From Squalus acanthias (Eukaryota): a stretch of DNA of 64,000 nt. Location of the stretch: NCBI GenBank assembly GCA_030390025.1, contig CM059438.1, forward strand, positions 57,352,001 through 57,416,000. The letters are read 5' to 3'. The position numbers were made by a program, and so were the translations under genes. This document shows positions 25,511-39,316 of the stretch, in pieces. Below the pieces are notes generated by a model, which saw nothing but the letters and a program-made list of their open reading frames with translations, made no database searches and was not told the DNA's origin. Every line of letters begins with the position of its first letter. The stretch's first letter is position 1.

Positions 25511-28091
25511 ACTGGTTACGTTAACCCTTATCTAATCAAATGTAGCAATTGTCCCACAACAAGTCTATTGAGGATAATACAAAATCCAGAATATATTCTA
25601 CACTAGTACAGCCCTTCTAATCATGTAAGTAGATCATTGTGCTACTTGTAGCATCATCTATTGTAATGTCTACCCTAGCCAGTTGTCTGAACGCATGGAG
25701 CTAGATGTACCGCTTGCAGGAAAGGACTGATGGCAGATGTCCCAAGGAGCCTGATGATCATGCTGATGCTGAAGAACAGGATGCAGTGGCAACTGCTGCT
25801 AGACATGAGACAGACCTATTCGACATGCTTTTACAGATAAAGAGCAATATTATTTGGAAGTCTCCGTCCATCAAAGATATGCCTCCTTTCACCAACCTCT
25901 CTGGTCCAAGTAAAATTCCAGCTAGCCATCGTATTTAATCTTGAGGCGCAGTATCAGCACATTACCTGTTCCTCATTATCATGCAAGTGAGCCAAATACA
26001 CAGTCATTGCATCAAATGATTTATTACAACTATTTGCAAAAACATTGCTTGGTTTTGCCACTGCCCATCCCTTGTGACCACGCAAGCTTTTCTCTGCCCT
26101 ATTCTAATATTTCTACGTGCTACTTGGGGTTTGAGGTGTAGTTTGCAGCTGCAAAACATTATATGCCTCTTTGGATGGAGGTGGCTCTTCTCTCAGGGCC
26201 CTCGAGTCCTGGGATGGACGTGGGACAGGTTGATTTTGGCAGCCTGGTGTTGCAAAGCTGAAAGCTTCTGCGCGACGCTTATGATTGCTCCTCAGCATTG
26301 CTGGTGTGAGGAACACGCCAGCTTCTCCTCTGGTACTGGGAACAGGATTCTGGTTACCATCAATCTGTGGGAGAACAGACCGCACAGAATTATAAAGATC
26401 CTGAAAACCCTACAAGTCAGCCGAATATCCTTCAGTCCCTCAGTGATATTGCCCTTTTATAATTTATAATCTGGTTAACGACTGCACTCCTTCATTCAGT
26501 GCCTCAACATTGAAGTTAGTAAACAGCCCTTCCTCTTCACCATTATTTATAAACAGGAGAAAATCAGCTGCAGTTCCAAGTCAATTTATGGATAAGAATA
26601 GATTTTGTCATCTTACACCTGAGGAAATATTATTCTAGGTTGCAAGTAATGCCTCACTGATAATCGAGACAAGGGTCAGAATTTGTATCAATTACAGTTG
26701 AGATATTGTGGTACTGTATATGTTGTTTGGATACTTACAATGAGTAGTGAAGCACACTTCAATGCAGATTAGCATTTTTTTTGTTTCCTGTTTCATGCTT
26801 TTAGTCACCTGGCTACATCAGCAAGTTTTATAATCTTACAAAAATGCTCATGTTTTGCTGCTGTCAGGTCTCATTGTAATGTTTGTTCTGAGCCTAAAAA
26901 TTACTGACTGAATTGCCTGGATCTCTCAATGGGGGAAGATTTACAGATGTTCCTGCAGCTACCACTTTCTCTCGGCTGCCCTGAAATTGGTTGAAGCCCC
27001 CTTGCATGTTGGTTCACAGTAGCCATTTGCCACATATCTTGGAAAAGGCCTTGCAGAACCTCCATGTATGTTTGATACTCTGCCTGCATCTTTCTCCATG
27101 GTAGAATCAGTTCATCGTCCACATGCGCTGCAGATGGGCTACTATGCTCAACTCAACTAATCAGGCTCCACTTCCAAATCCCCTTCCACATCTATGCATG
27201 GTCATATAGCCCTTTCAAAGGTAGCCTCATTGAGCCTTGCATCACTAGACAACAGAGGAGAGGATACACACAGGCTGGGCCTAGGCATAGAATCTCCTTG
27301 GCCTTTGTAAGCCTCCCCTGTCACTTCCATTGCTCAGTTGGTGAGCCCTGCTCTGCATCATTAGCTGTCAGGAGCTAGAAGTGTCTGTACTAATACTGGA
27401 AGTCGTGAATGGGAATTCATGTGGTGGTCTCAGGAATTGATCTTGTTAATGCTGTTCTCTCCTTCACCTGTGAAGAGAGAAGATGGGTCATATGAGCAAA
27501 TACTACCTTTGCATTTCTGTACTCTCATCAATAAGTACTTCTATTGTGTGGATAGAAACTTTAAATGTAGGCATGGTGCAATTAACAGTAACATCATTAC
27601 GTCTTGAACAGTGTAAGTGTTCACCTACCTGTGTGTCTATGCAGGCCTTCCATCTGGAACAACTTATTCTGAGAAGAGTCTCTGGAAATGTGAACTCTAC
27701 AAGGTGTGTCTTCCAGGGAAGCCTAATGATTGAGTAGCTTATTCTGCTGATACACATATTGGATATTATCTGGTTCATTGTCCATACTTCCACTCCTTTA
27801 CTATATATCATATTCGAAACCACAAAGTACAACTGTCACAAGATTCCTGATTCAGAGCACATCCTAATTGTTGTAGTCTCCAAAACCAGACCATGTTGTG
27901 CAACATTAGGATGTGGAATTTAGACTGCTTATGGTTTTCTAACTCCTCCACTGTACATCTGGCACCATTGAGCTTTGACCTAGCTTTACTATCCATTGAG
28001 CTTTAACCTAAATGGCTGTAGTTTTACTATATTACCTTAATATTCAAAGTCTGCAAGATGACCAGATATATTCATGGCCAAGTCTACTTAC

Positions 28092-28154
28092 TCATTGTCC
28101 CTTCTGTCCCAACAAATGGATTCTGTGGTGGATTCTGTGGTGGATTCATGAGAC
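28092..28154 (-). CDS. Candidate 63-bp host-gene exon (phase 2-2), SHESTTESTTESICWDRRDN
   Basis: Acceptor ...aaatctag|GTCTCAT and donor GA|gtaagtaga; open frame; flanks homologous to 53397-53471 and 59681-59752. Confidence 0.6.
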
Positions 28155-28329
28155 CTAGATTTCAAAGGAGAATGAAGTTTGAGGAAAGAAAACTATTGTC
28201 CTCTTATCTGCTATATACTAGTTAAAGGTTTATCAGTCAGTTTTTCACAATTCTAATTTCAAATGCGAGTGAGGCGAACCATATTCTTTCAGTGGTGAAT
28301 CTAGTGCTTCTGAAAAATTCTGCCGTTCA

Positions 28330-28500
28330 AATTGCTGGGGATGTGGTGGATATCAGATTCCCCCTGAAAGTTTATAAATTGTTGGCTTATTGCATGCTGC
28401 ACAACATGGTCTGGTTTTGGATGACAAAGGGGCATCAGAAAGAAAGGGAGCAACAGCAGGAAGATGAAGAATGGCCAATGGCAGGTACAGCAGGTAGGCA
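28330..28500 (+). pseudogene. Harbinger transposase C-terminal remnant
   Basis: FPLKVYKLLAYCMLHNM...EQQQEDEE resembles [18 protein letters not shown]...DEDEE of the 8828-9760 ORF. Confidence 0.5.
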
Positions 28501-31500
28501 GCTAGGTATGGGAGGGTGCCATAGCTGCTTTTTAGGGAGAACTACCAGTATTTCAAATGACTTGTTTATTTTCACCATTTGCATCAGAAGAGATATAGGA
28601 TAGATTTTACAAATGTGCGCTGCTTTGCAATATTAATTTGGGCATGGAGGTCCGCTCTCCCTGCAGGATTTTTCATACAAATGGGAAAGTTGGGCCACTG
28701 ACCTCGGTGCAGAAAATTCCCAATGAGCTTCCTGTAAAATATGAGCTTCCTGTAAAATATTACCCTTTTCCAGTTTCTTAGGAACTGCAAGTTTCTTCTT
28801 GCTGTTAACAGATTTAATTTACTTTTCAATTAAATCACTAGTTGATCCCCTGTGATGCTGCACAGGGGGAGTAAGAGATCAAGTCCAGTCTTCAGATGTA
28901 ATCGGGTTAGAGGCCGAGTATAATTGGACCACAGATGCAAGTTTAATATGTTATTTCTTACAGTACAGGCTAAGGAGTTGGAGACGCAAAACTGAGGTGC
29001 TACTGGGTCAGCACTGGCATGAAGGTGTAATTTACAGCATGACCAGTTTACATGGGCTGTTTCATTATAAACGTGGAAATAGCCATTTATAATGGGAAAA
29101 GTTTACAGAAGTGCAATAAAAACACGACAACCGGAAGTAAGGTTTGTAGACAAGTACATGCAGATGTAAACTTTATTATAGATTAAATGTAGCTTATACT
29201 GAATTGATGTATTTTTATCGATCTCTCCTCTGTATAGTGGTGCCCATGAGTGAATCTATGCTATCTCCTCGGTGTTTTCCTGTGTGCTACCACCATTGGG
29301 AGTCGTGCACTTTTACATACCAGTGCATATGGTGTCAATACTCGTGCACTATGATGATTGGCCACTATGGCTTATCTTGCAGTTCAGCCACATGGCACTT
29401 TAAAAAGCTGAAAACCGATGCCCTAATGGATTGAGGAGTGACAGTGGGAGGTAAATGAGCTGCTACTTCTGAAATCAACTCGAAAAAGTTAATTGGCTAA
29501 ACTTTTTTAAAAGGCTGTAAAGTAATCTCTAGTGCCTGCACATCCCTGTCAGCAGCACTTCCCCGATGCTGAGTTTACATGCAGAATCCTCAGTAGGGCA
29601 TTGCAAACAATTGGTGCATTTAGCGAGTAATAACCTTCCTGTTAAAAGAGACGGGTTCATCAAGTGGATGCATCAGTGGCACGTGAGTCCCATCAACAGC
29701 CCCCTGCACCCTGGGCAGCCAGCAATCCTGTGGAAGTTGGCCCTGTCTCTTTGCATGGGAAATGTTGTATTTAATGAAGTCAGATGGCATCTGTCACCTG
29801 TTGAATGCGGGTCCTCACAGCTCCTTGGCTGATGCCCAGGTCTCCAGTGCCTAACCAAAGGAACTGGTATCATAGAAAAAGTTCGGTCTGTAGCCATGGT
29901 GCCTCAAGCGACGAGCCTGCTTCCTCTGCTCCTCCAGGTAGTCCACAATAATGAGGAATGCCCAGTGGATAGGCCATTACAATGCTTTTGATTTCCTTAT
30001 ACATAGAAATCGGTGGGGGCCCTGAAAATAATTGTCTTCAGACACTAACGGAACGCTGGATGGCAAAGCTGGCAAGAATAAACTGCCAAACATGAGATTT
30101 AGGAAAAAAATACTCAGAACAATTTTCAGACTGTTGGGGTGAGGCTCCACAGCTTTAACGGTCTCTTTGTTGGTCTCCCAGGCTATGTCATGTGTTTGCC
30201 ATAAATCACGCCAGTACCAGGTTACCCAGGCCATTATTATTGAGTCTAACTGGCTACAGTGCAAATAATGGCGTAAATTCAGCAATTTGGCGATTTCCAT
30301 TAATGACAATGGAGAGCTGAGCGGCAAGAATGGACTTTTCAGCTTTGGCGAGGCTAACAGCATCAATGGGCCATCAATTTGTGGAAGATCAGAACTCCTG
30401 GCCTGTCTCAGTTACTCTACAAATTGCTGGATATTTTACGAATTAATAATGGCACAAGCGGTTAATGCGTCATTATTGCAGATTTTCCAGCAATTTCAGG
30501 CCTATATTGGCAGGGTCTGTTGATCGAAACTGCAGTGATGCTGTATTATCAGGTATGCACATCTGATCAAACCCTTTTATAAGGGAAAAGCCACATCTTT
30601 AGGACATCCTTGTACAATTGTATCTGTCAGTATAGGTTCTGATGACAAAGTCTGGAATAATGTAAGCTAAAAGTATGCATGTACCCAGAGTAGCGGCTGC
30701 AGCATTTCTAGATTACCTTTTTGCCCTATTCTTTAGCCATGGTCATTCTTCCTAGCTTCTTTCCATGAGCTTTGAGTTTCAGAGCCAGCATTGAATGTCA
30801 GTGTGGTAGGCACTAAATCCTCAGTGTGACCTTACAATCGGAGAATACGCCAACTATATTTGAATATCTAGGCAGCAGAAGGTCCTTAACTTGGTGACTG
30901 GGCTGCCCTCTGGTCTCAAAGTTCATCCTGATTTTCATGGATCATGCCAAGAAATGTCAGCAAACCAGAACTTGCAGAACAGTGTCAGCAGCCATTGCTT
31001 GAAGATTCTGATTTCCTCACTACACAGAGATATTGTGGGCTGCTTGGTTAATGAGATAGCTTGCTAACTGCCCAAGAAGTGTTCGGATAAGCATTAGCTC
31101 ATGTATGTGCCAATACCCATTCTAGTGAGCGACATTATCAAACCCATGCAACACAAATCCAACCGGAGGAACCCTGCCAGTTTGAACGGGTGTCGCAAAC
31201 TGAAAAGTGAACTTTAATCATTATTTCTAAAGGAGGAAAATGCCCTTTTAAAGGTTGGGTGCTCTAAACTACTCAACGGGGTATATATTTCTGAACTGGG
31301 TGTCCTCCCTGGGTAGCATGCCTTGATTTTGAACTGCTGGTCACAAAACTACTGGACAAACAATGAAGGAATCGAAGCCCTGTCAAGTTAAATAGGGTGG
31401 TGGATTGTGAGGGGACACACTAACGGAAATGAGTGCAGTCAATAATATCCTATGGGGAAGTTGGGCAGTTAATAAAAGCCAACCCGTCTTTGTTTCTGGT

Positions 31501-33344
31501 CAGCAACACTAATCTATTTGCTTCCAGTAGGAAGCTTTGGACACTGTTAAAGCAGCAGTTTCCTGTATAGTGGCTGATTCCAATGACTGCTCCTGAAAGG
31601 TGTTGGTTGTTCAGAGCACCACCTGCTCTGGCTGACCTTTGCTGCAGATTATCTTTCACCCAGCAGCACAACTGGATGACATCCTTTTTTCACAACCTGA
31701 GCCTGATTGAAGTAAAGCTAAAGCCTTATCTGTAATGAATGCATTACAAATGCATAACTTAAGTGCCATCAGCTTGTTACTTGTTAAAGTGAATGGTTTT
31801 GTGAGTCAGTGTCTTTGCATAATATGTTGCTGAAGTAGTCGATGATTTAGATATCTGACAATGATTTACTGTACTGCCTGCAGAAATTTGCCATGTATAC
31901 ACTTTGCTGTGCTGAGTGTATAGTTGGCCTGCCAAGTCATTACCATGGTGTCTCATGGCATGGAGCTATTGCTGCATCAAAGCATGTCTGTTATCACACA
32001 TGCCATGATTGACACATTAGTATGGGGCCCAGATCCAGAAGCCAAAATGCCGGGGGTCAGTTTCTGCAATTTGAAGTTGTCTAGAAAGAAAGGCAATGCT
32101 AAAAACAAGTTAACTCATGAAAGGGTCAGGATGTGTGGTTTATCTTTTGGGGTGAGACTGAATGAAGTGGAATTTGCTTTGCCTGTTGCTCTGCATAATT
32201 TACTTGCTGCCCGTGAAATAAAGCAGCTCAATGAGTTGTATCTGGCCTCATCTCACCAACTATTTCAGTACACCTTTGGAAAGATTATAGAAACCCATAT
32301 GAGTGCACGAAAGATACAGTATCCAATTCAAATCACAAAGGTTTGTTTTAAACAATACAGGCACACACCTGTACATAAGATGCTCAGACCACTTACAGGA
32401 GTGACTAGCACCAAGACGAAGCCCGAAACATGTTACAGATTACCAACTGTAATTTCTGGACTATGGTATGCAGAGTTCTTGAATACTGTGAGGCATCATG
32501 TTGAGTACAAACAAGCATAATGACCATGATTTTAACTCTGGATAGGAATTGTCCAGAGGTGACGAGCTCCCAGGACATTGTCAGCGTGAGGCCTGGACCA
32601 TTTTAATTCCCGGGCCTCATTAACATTTGGTGGACTGCCCTCCTGAGTGCCTGCAGAATCAGGCAGCCCACCCACGTGATCCACACAATTTCTGCTGCAC
32701 TTCTTAAAGCAAAGTTGTGGTCCCGTGTTTGCATTTTTTAAATGGACAACTCTGCAGCGATGAATCATACAGCTGCCCACTATAGAAGCTTTTACAATCT
32801 GTTTTTATATCTCTTGCTAGTTTAACTCTCATTCTATTTTCTCTCTATTGATTTCTTAGTCATCTTTGCTGAATTCTAAAATACCCCCAATTGTCAGGCT
32901 TACTACTCTTTCTGGTAACATTATAAGCCTCCTTCCTTTAAGCTAATACCATAATTAACTTCTCTTGTTAGCCACGGTTGGACAACTTTTCCTGTGGGGT
33001 TTTTTATTCCTTAAGGGAATGTGTATTCGTTTCGGTCCTCCACCTGGTTTTAAGCTCCTTGTGGGCTAGGAGGAGCAGGTGTAGTCCCCTCCAGGACAGC
33101 CTCCCCAGACCCCACTGACTGCCATGGGCCGTTCCCGCGGGACCCTGGCTGTGGTCTCCTGTCGCTAAATGTCTGCTCCCATCCGTTGGCCTGGTGGTCA
33201 ATCTGATCCTGATCCTGGCACTTTCCGGCCTCCCCATTAATATCGGCCCATGTTGCAGAGCACTGTCTTGTCTTACCATGACGTGTTATAAACATTTTCC
33301 AGTAACACAACAGGCTAACCGATTAAATTGCTTTCAATAAAAGG

Positions 33345-33560
33345 ATCTACCAGCAAATGCTATGCATAGTGGGCAGCATGCCAAAGTGCTTGTGCACAAT
33401 GTTGCACAGCATGGAGGAGTCCAGCTCCAGCCTATGTCAAGGCTTTGCACACAGCATGGAGAGCATTCTGTCCAACATGGACCAAGTGATCAGTTCCATT
33501 AACACAGTGATGGAGCCTCTGCTAACAGTTCTTGCAGCTTCCATGGCAGCACATTGCTGA
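33345..33560 (+). pseudogene. Harbinger Myb/SANT partner gene C-terminal remnant
   Basis: SMEESSSSLCQGFAHSMESILS aligns with SAEESTSNIAQGSAHTMEPIIS at about 40880. Confidence 0.65.
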
Positions 33561-34139
33561 GTTGTGCATACCAGGAATTAACAAGTATTGTCTAGCACCA
33601 GGGTGCCAGGTACAACCAAATGGTACAATTTCATCACATTGCAATCCATAGCCCCAAAATCACTTAGGTTGGTGAGGGCGGAAAGGAAAGATTCCACCGG
33701 GGCAGTTGCAGGAATTTGGCGAGGAACTTAGCTTTGCTGTGACTTTGATTATGGAAAACTGATCCTTTAAATTCTGGTGGGGGGAACCATGTCGGTACTT
33801 CTGTCTGAATTTGCTTCATTGAGCAGTTGTGGCTGTGTAAAATTCTGGGGTTTCCCAGGATTTCTGCCCTTTACGCCCTCCATGGGCCTCAATGCAACTC
33901 GTGCCAGTTGATAGCTGCTGTTAGTCCTGTTAAGGCCTATTTAAAAAAAATCCTTTAGTCCATTAAGGTAATCTTTCCCAGAGAGGATCGATTACTGTTA
34001 GTTTTCACAGACATTAGCCCTGCTGGGAGCCGGTATTTTTTTAAATTTTGTATTTGGTCTGGAAAGGCCTTGGGGCACCTTAAGCGGAGAGGCTCCGCCT
34101 TCCACCAGGACAAATGCTGCTTGGGCGCTCTTGAAGGCA

Positions 34140-34535
34140 CAATGCTAAATGATGGCGGAGCCCAGCACGCAAGGGCAAAAGACAAGGCTAAAGTGTTTGC
34201 AACTATCTTCAGTCAGAAGTGCCAAGTGGATGATCCATCTCGGCCTCCTACCGAGGTCCCCACCATCACAGAAGCTAGTCTTCAGCCAAATCAATTCACT
34301 CCACGTGATATCAAGAATCGGCTGAGCGCACTGGATACAGCAAAGGCTATGGGCCCCGACAACATCCCGGATGTCGTGCTGAAGACTTTTGCTTCAGAAC
34401 TACCTGCACCTCTAGCCAAGCTGTTCCAGTACAGCTACAACACTGGCATCTACCCGACAATGTGGAAAACTGCCCACATATGTCCTGTCCACAAAGCCAG
34501 GACAAATCCAATCCGACCAATTACCATCCTATCAG
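34140..34535 (+). mobile_element. Internal fragment of CR1-clade LINE family A
   Basis: KAMGPDNIPDVVLKTFASELPAPLAKLFQYSY, homologous to 4810-5170. Confidence 0.85.
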
Positions 34536-34838
34536 AAATGCTGAAAACCATGTTCCTTTTTTTTTTATTCATTAATGGGCTGTGGGTGTCGCTGGTAAGG
34601 CCAGCATTTATTGCCCATCCCTAATTGAGAAGGTGGTGATGAGCCACCTTCTTGAACCACAGCAGTCATGAACTAGGGTTGGCCAGTAAATGCCAGGCTT
34701 ACCAGTGACGCTCACATCCTGAGAATGAATTAAGAAAAAACATTTATGCTGAAAGCTCTCTTGTTTTAATGTCCTTTCTATAATTGCTGCCCAAAACGGC
34801 AATGCTTTGTATAAATTCATCATTACTTTGTTACTCTT

Positions 34839-34961
34839 TGTAATATATTATCACGTGCTTTTGTATGAGCATGCTCAGTTCACTCTGGCCTATAAACAAG
34901 CACATGGACGAGCAACTCATGGTGTCAGTGTCCCTCATTTGTTCTACTCAAATACATTACA
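34839..34961 (+). repeat. Gypsy 5' LTR
   Basis: TGTAAT...TTACA, homologous to 48090-48212. Confidence 0.93.
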
Positions 34962-34963
34962 TT

Positions 34964-34982
34964 TTGCCGATGAGGATGGGAT
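34964..34982 (+). promoter_or_regulatory. Primer binding site, probably tRNA-Ser(GCU)
   Basis: TTGCCGATGAGGATGGGAT is a decayed match to TGGCGACGAGGATGGGAT, the complement of the vertebrate tRNA-Ser(GCU) 3' end. Confidence 0.7.
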
Positions 34983-35213
34983 CCCAAAGACATTTATAGG
35001 GATCATGGAAGGACACAGTGTTCAAGCTTCGTGTGGAAAAGTCAAAGGTGAATTTGTGACACCAAAACTTAATTTTTGCGATGTTTACCATTAATGCTCG
35101 TGCAGAATCGTCTGTGCTTCGCCTTCACGTGTACGTATACACAGCAGCAGCGGCGTTGATTCGCACACGTACACAGGTAGCAGGCTGAATGACTGCTCAG
35201 GATCGGGACAATC

Positions 35214-38200
35214 ATGGCCACACCTATGGGATTCATCGGAAGCTTCAGAATGTATGACCGAGCTCGCGAACCATTCAGTTCTTACATTGAGCGGATGGAG
35301 ATGTTTTTTAGGGCCAAAAGCATTATTGAGACTGAAGGAGCATATGAGAATATTCAAGCTGAAAGCAAAGTAATTTGTGAATGGAAGAAAGCTATTTTTC
35401 TAAACGACATCAGGCCAGATGTCCACAGAACGTTGGCAAATCTACTTGCGCCAGGGAAAGCAAAGGATGCGTCGTTTGAAGACATTGTTGCTAAACTTGA
35501 GAAGCGTTTCGATCCAAAGCCGTTAGAAATAGCAGAGAGCTATAAGTTTGGTACCAGAAACCAAAAACAAAGTGAAACCATCAGTGAGGACACTGTAGCT
35601 CTTAAGAACCTGTCTTTGCATTGTAACTTCGCCACATTTTTGGATCCTGCATTGCGCGATAAGTTGGTGTGTGGATTGTCCACACAGTCCAAGTTACTGA
35701 ACACTCTGAACCTAACGTTTGACACAGCATGCAAAATTGCCCTATCTATAGAGATGGCATCTAAGAATGCTAGGGAACTCCGTCCAACTTGAGTGACTAG
35801 TGCAGCTGAGGTCTACAGTCACAAAGCCAGTGCCAAACCTAAAGCTGTGAGACTGAGTCAAAAGCACGTCAGTGAGAGCAGTTCAGTGAATTGTTATTGC
35901 TGCAATGGAAACCACTCACCACAGTCCTGCCAATACTGAAATGCATCACTGCCAGAAGCAAGACCATATTTCAACAGCTTGCAGAGCCAGATCTAAAGCA
36001 GGAAGTAAGAACCATTCTAGTGGCAATGCAAAGCAGCGACAACAAAGGGGAGTTCACAATCTGGAAGTGAATACACCTGATGCTGAAGAATTAGGCATCT
36101 ACAGTATCTGTGCCACTAGCGGCAACATTAGCAGTCATGAGAAAGACTTCCATTCAAAACTTTTGATCAATGAGCAATATACTGATATGTGTATTGACAC
36201 AGTGGCGGACTGCTCTATCGTGAGTAAGGACACATATGAGAGTAAATTTAATCCAGTATCACTTACAAAGAATACCGTAGAGTTAAAAGCGTACTCCAGG
36301 TAATTCCTAGAGACATGTGGACAAATGTGTGGACAAATGTCAGCACAATGGCCAGTCAGTAAAGCTGCCTATTATTGTAGCGAGCTACAACAACAGACCA
36401 ACGCTCATGGACAAAGACTGTTTGAGAAAGTTAAAACTAGACTGGAAAAATGTCTTCAGTGTAGATGCTTCAAAGAAGCGACTCGACACAATGCTGAACA
36501 AGTACGAAAACATGCTCAGACAGTTATAAGGGCATCACTGGGTATTATGCCCATATCCGCATCAAGTCCAATGCGAAGCCTGTCTATTGTAAGGTAAGGC
36601 CGGTCCCCTATGCGTTGAAAAGTCAGGTGGAGGAAGAGCTAGCGAAGTTCAGAGAATGAAGTGCTAGTAAAAACTGACAAAAGTGAATGGGCTACCCCGA
36701 TTGTGGTAGTGCTCAAAGCAGACAAAACTGTACGCTTGTGCGGTGACTACAAAGTTACTATCAACCAAGCAGTTGACGATGAGCAGTACCCATTAACTAC
36801 ATTGCAAGATTTGTATGCCGCACTCTCAGGGTCAAAGGCCTTCTCCAAGCTTGACCTGTCGCGTGCTTACGCTCAGCTGAATGTTGACAAAGACAGTCAA
36901 CAGTATCTCACCATCAACACACACACAAGGGACAGTCGTACTCATACACCAAGCTACCGTATGGTGTAAAGTCCTCCCCCAAAATCTTCCAGGCTACGAT
37001 GGATAAGATTTTGCAAGGAGCTTCAAATTATTTATGGAATCAAGACGATGTGCTGATTGCAACAAGCAACGAGGAAGAAAATCTAGAAGTGCCAGATATA
37101 GTGCTTCAAAGGTTGAATGCCCACAATGTCAAATTGAAAAGGAGCGAATGTGCTTTTGTGCAGCTCGAGGTTGTGTACCTTGGTCTGAAAGTTGATGCAA
37201 ATGGCTTGCAACCAGAGAAGGAAAAGGTTGATGCTGTCATCAATGCTCCAAAGCCACAGATCTTGTCTGAGTTAAGATCTTTCCTTGGAATGGTCCACTA
37301 CTATGCGTGTTTCTTATCTGAGTTAGCGACCATGTTAGCTCCATTGCATGAGTTCCTCAAGAAGGACGTCCAGTGGAAGTGGCCGAAAGTGCAACAGGAA
37401 GCTTACGACGCTTGTAAGAGAAGTCTCTCTAGTGATGCTCTACTTGTGCACTACAACAGTATGAGCTTAAGTTAGTGTGTGATGCTTCCAGCTATGGTGT
37501 GGGAGCTGTCATAAGCCACGTAATGGACGACAGCCAAGAAAAACCAATCGCTTTTGCATCGCGAACCCTCACAAAGAGCGAAAGAAACTACGCAGAAATT
37601 GAAAAGGAAACATTCGCCATAGTGTTTGGAATCAAGAAATTCCAACAGTTCCTAATCAGCAGAAAGTTTACCCTGATGATTGGTTATCACAAACCGCTCC
37701 TAGCAATATTGGGCCCCAAATCTGCCATCCCTGCAATGGCCACATTGAGAATGCAACATTGGGCAATGTTGTTGTCACAATATTGAATATCGCACTTCAA
37801 AGCAAAACACAATTGCAGATGCCTTGTCCAGGTTGCCACATGAGGACTCGTGTGTGTTGGGAGTGAAGATGCGATCTTCACACTAGGTGCAGTTAACAAA
37901 GGCTTTCCTGTGACTGCAACTGAAATTTAAGTACTGAGACCTTTTGAGTCTCATCTGCAAAGAGTGTATGGAAACACCTTAAATGGATGGACTGATCAGT
38001 GTATGGACACAGAATTGAAAGAATTCCATAACCGTCGTACTGAATTGTCTTGTGAGCAAGGTTGTATCAAGAGCGGAAACAGAATGGTGGTACCTACTTC
38101 TTTGAGGGATAGAATTCTGGCTGAACTTCATGTTGATTATCCAGGGATTGTCAATATTAAATCAATTGGAAGAAGCTTTCTTTACTCGCCTGGATTGGAC

Positions 38201-39316
38201 TGTGATCTTGAATCACTCGTCAGCAAATGCAGCATTTGCTAAAATTGCAGAAACAAACCACCCAAAACTCCACTACAACCCTGGTCATGGCCAAGTAGAT
38301 CTTTTCAGAGAGTACATGTAGACTTCTGTGAGACGGCAAATGATTATTTCCTGGTACTTGTAGATAGTCACTCAAAGTGGATTGACGTGAAACACATGGG
38401 TTCAAATACTACAACTGAATATACCACATTACAACAGTGACTCCACTTCAAAAGTACTTAATTGGCTGTAAAGCGCTTTGAGACGTCCGGTAGTCATGAA
38501 AGGCGCTATATAAATGCAAGTCTTCCTTCCTTCCTACCATAGATGAATTGAGGTCTATCTTTGCATGTCATGGCTTACCTGAAGAGCTTGTTTCTGACAA
38601 TGGCCCTCATTTCTATTCTGCTCTGTTCCAAGAATTCATGAAACACACTCTTGTTCCACCATATCATCCAGCTTCAAACAGAGCAGCCGAAAGATCAGTC
38701 AGAATAGTGAAAGAAGTTCTCAAAAAGCAAGTGTTGCAGGATTGTTCAGAACTCAGCAGAAAGCAACGTTTGGCAAATTTCTTGCTGAAGTACAGAACTA
38801 CTCCGTACACTACAACTGGACATATCCCAACAGCACTCTCGATGAAGAGGAGATTGAGAACATGATTGAGTCTTGTTCAAACAAATTTGGCCTCGAGTTG
38901 AACAGAAACAGTTGAGTCAGAAATGTCATTATGACACCAATCAGAAAGAACGCAGTTTCAAACAAAACAAGTGTATTCATGTTCTCAGTCCCTCTGGCAA
39001 GACGAGTTCACACAAGTGGGATGTAGAAACCACAGTAGAGGTTGTTGGAACCAAGAGATATTTAGTTGAAATTGGTAACAAAATCCGAAGTGTTCATGTA
39101 GATCAAATGATCTCTGCTAGAGATGAACCAAGACATAATCGTGAACTACTTGACCATGAACTCATACATGAGTTTGACTCAGTTCAGACTTCACGAACTG
39201 AAGTACCAGTTTCAAACAAGTCTGAGATGGAAATAGGATCATCTGAGTCCAGAACCAAAGCAAAACAGCCCGAAAATTGGTTCAACACCAAAACCTTCTG
39301 TAATGAGATCAGGTAG
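35214..39316 (+). pseudogene. Gypsy gag-pol, many stops and frameshifts
   Basis: gag SYIERMEMFF/LRDKLVCGL; protease CIDTVADCS; RT WATPIVVVLK, RLCGDYK, FSKLDL, QDDVLI; RNase H CDASSYGVGAV, ERNYAEIEKE; integrase LVSDNGP, YHPASNRAAER. Confidence 0.93.
38423..38535 (+). mobile_element. L2-type SINE/LINE 3' tail inserted into Gypsy integrase
   Basis: AAGGCGCTATATAAATGCAAG followed by (CTTC)n, flanked by a TACCA duplication. Confidence 0.75.

Noticed and set aside
31500..31720. Fourth copy of the repeated exon (tttacttcaatcag acceptor)
   Set aside because: Stop codon immediately in the phase-2 frame and no matching donor
31924..32520. 198-aa ORF as a host gene
   Set aside because: Non-ATG start, no recognisable motif, no clear splice context; probably chance, though a database search was not possible
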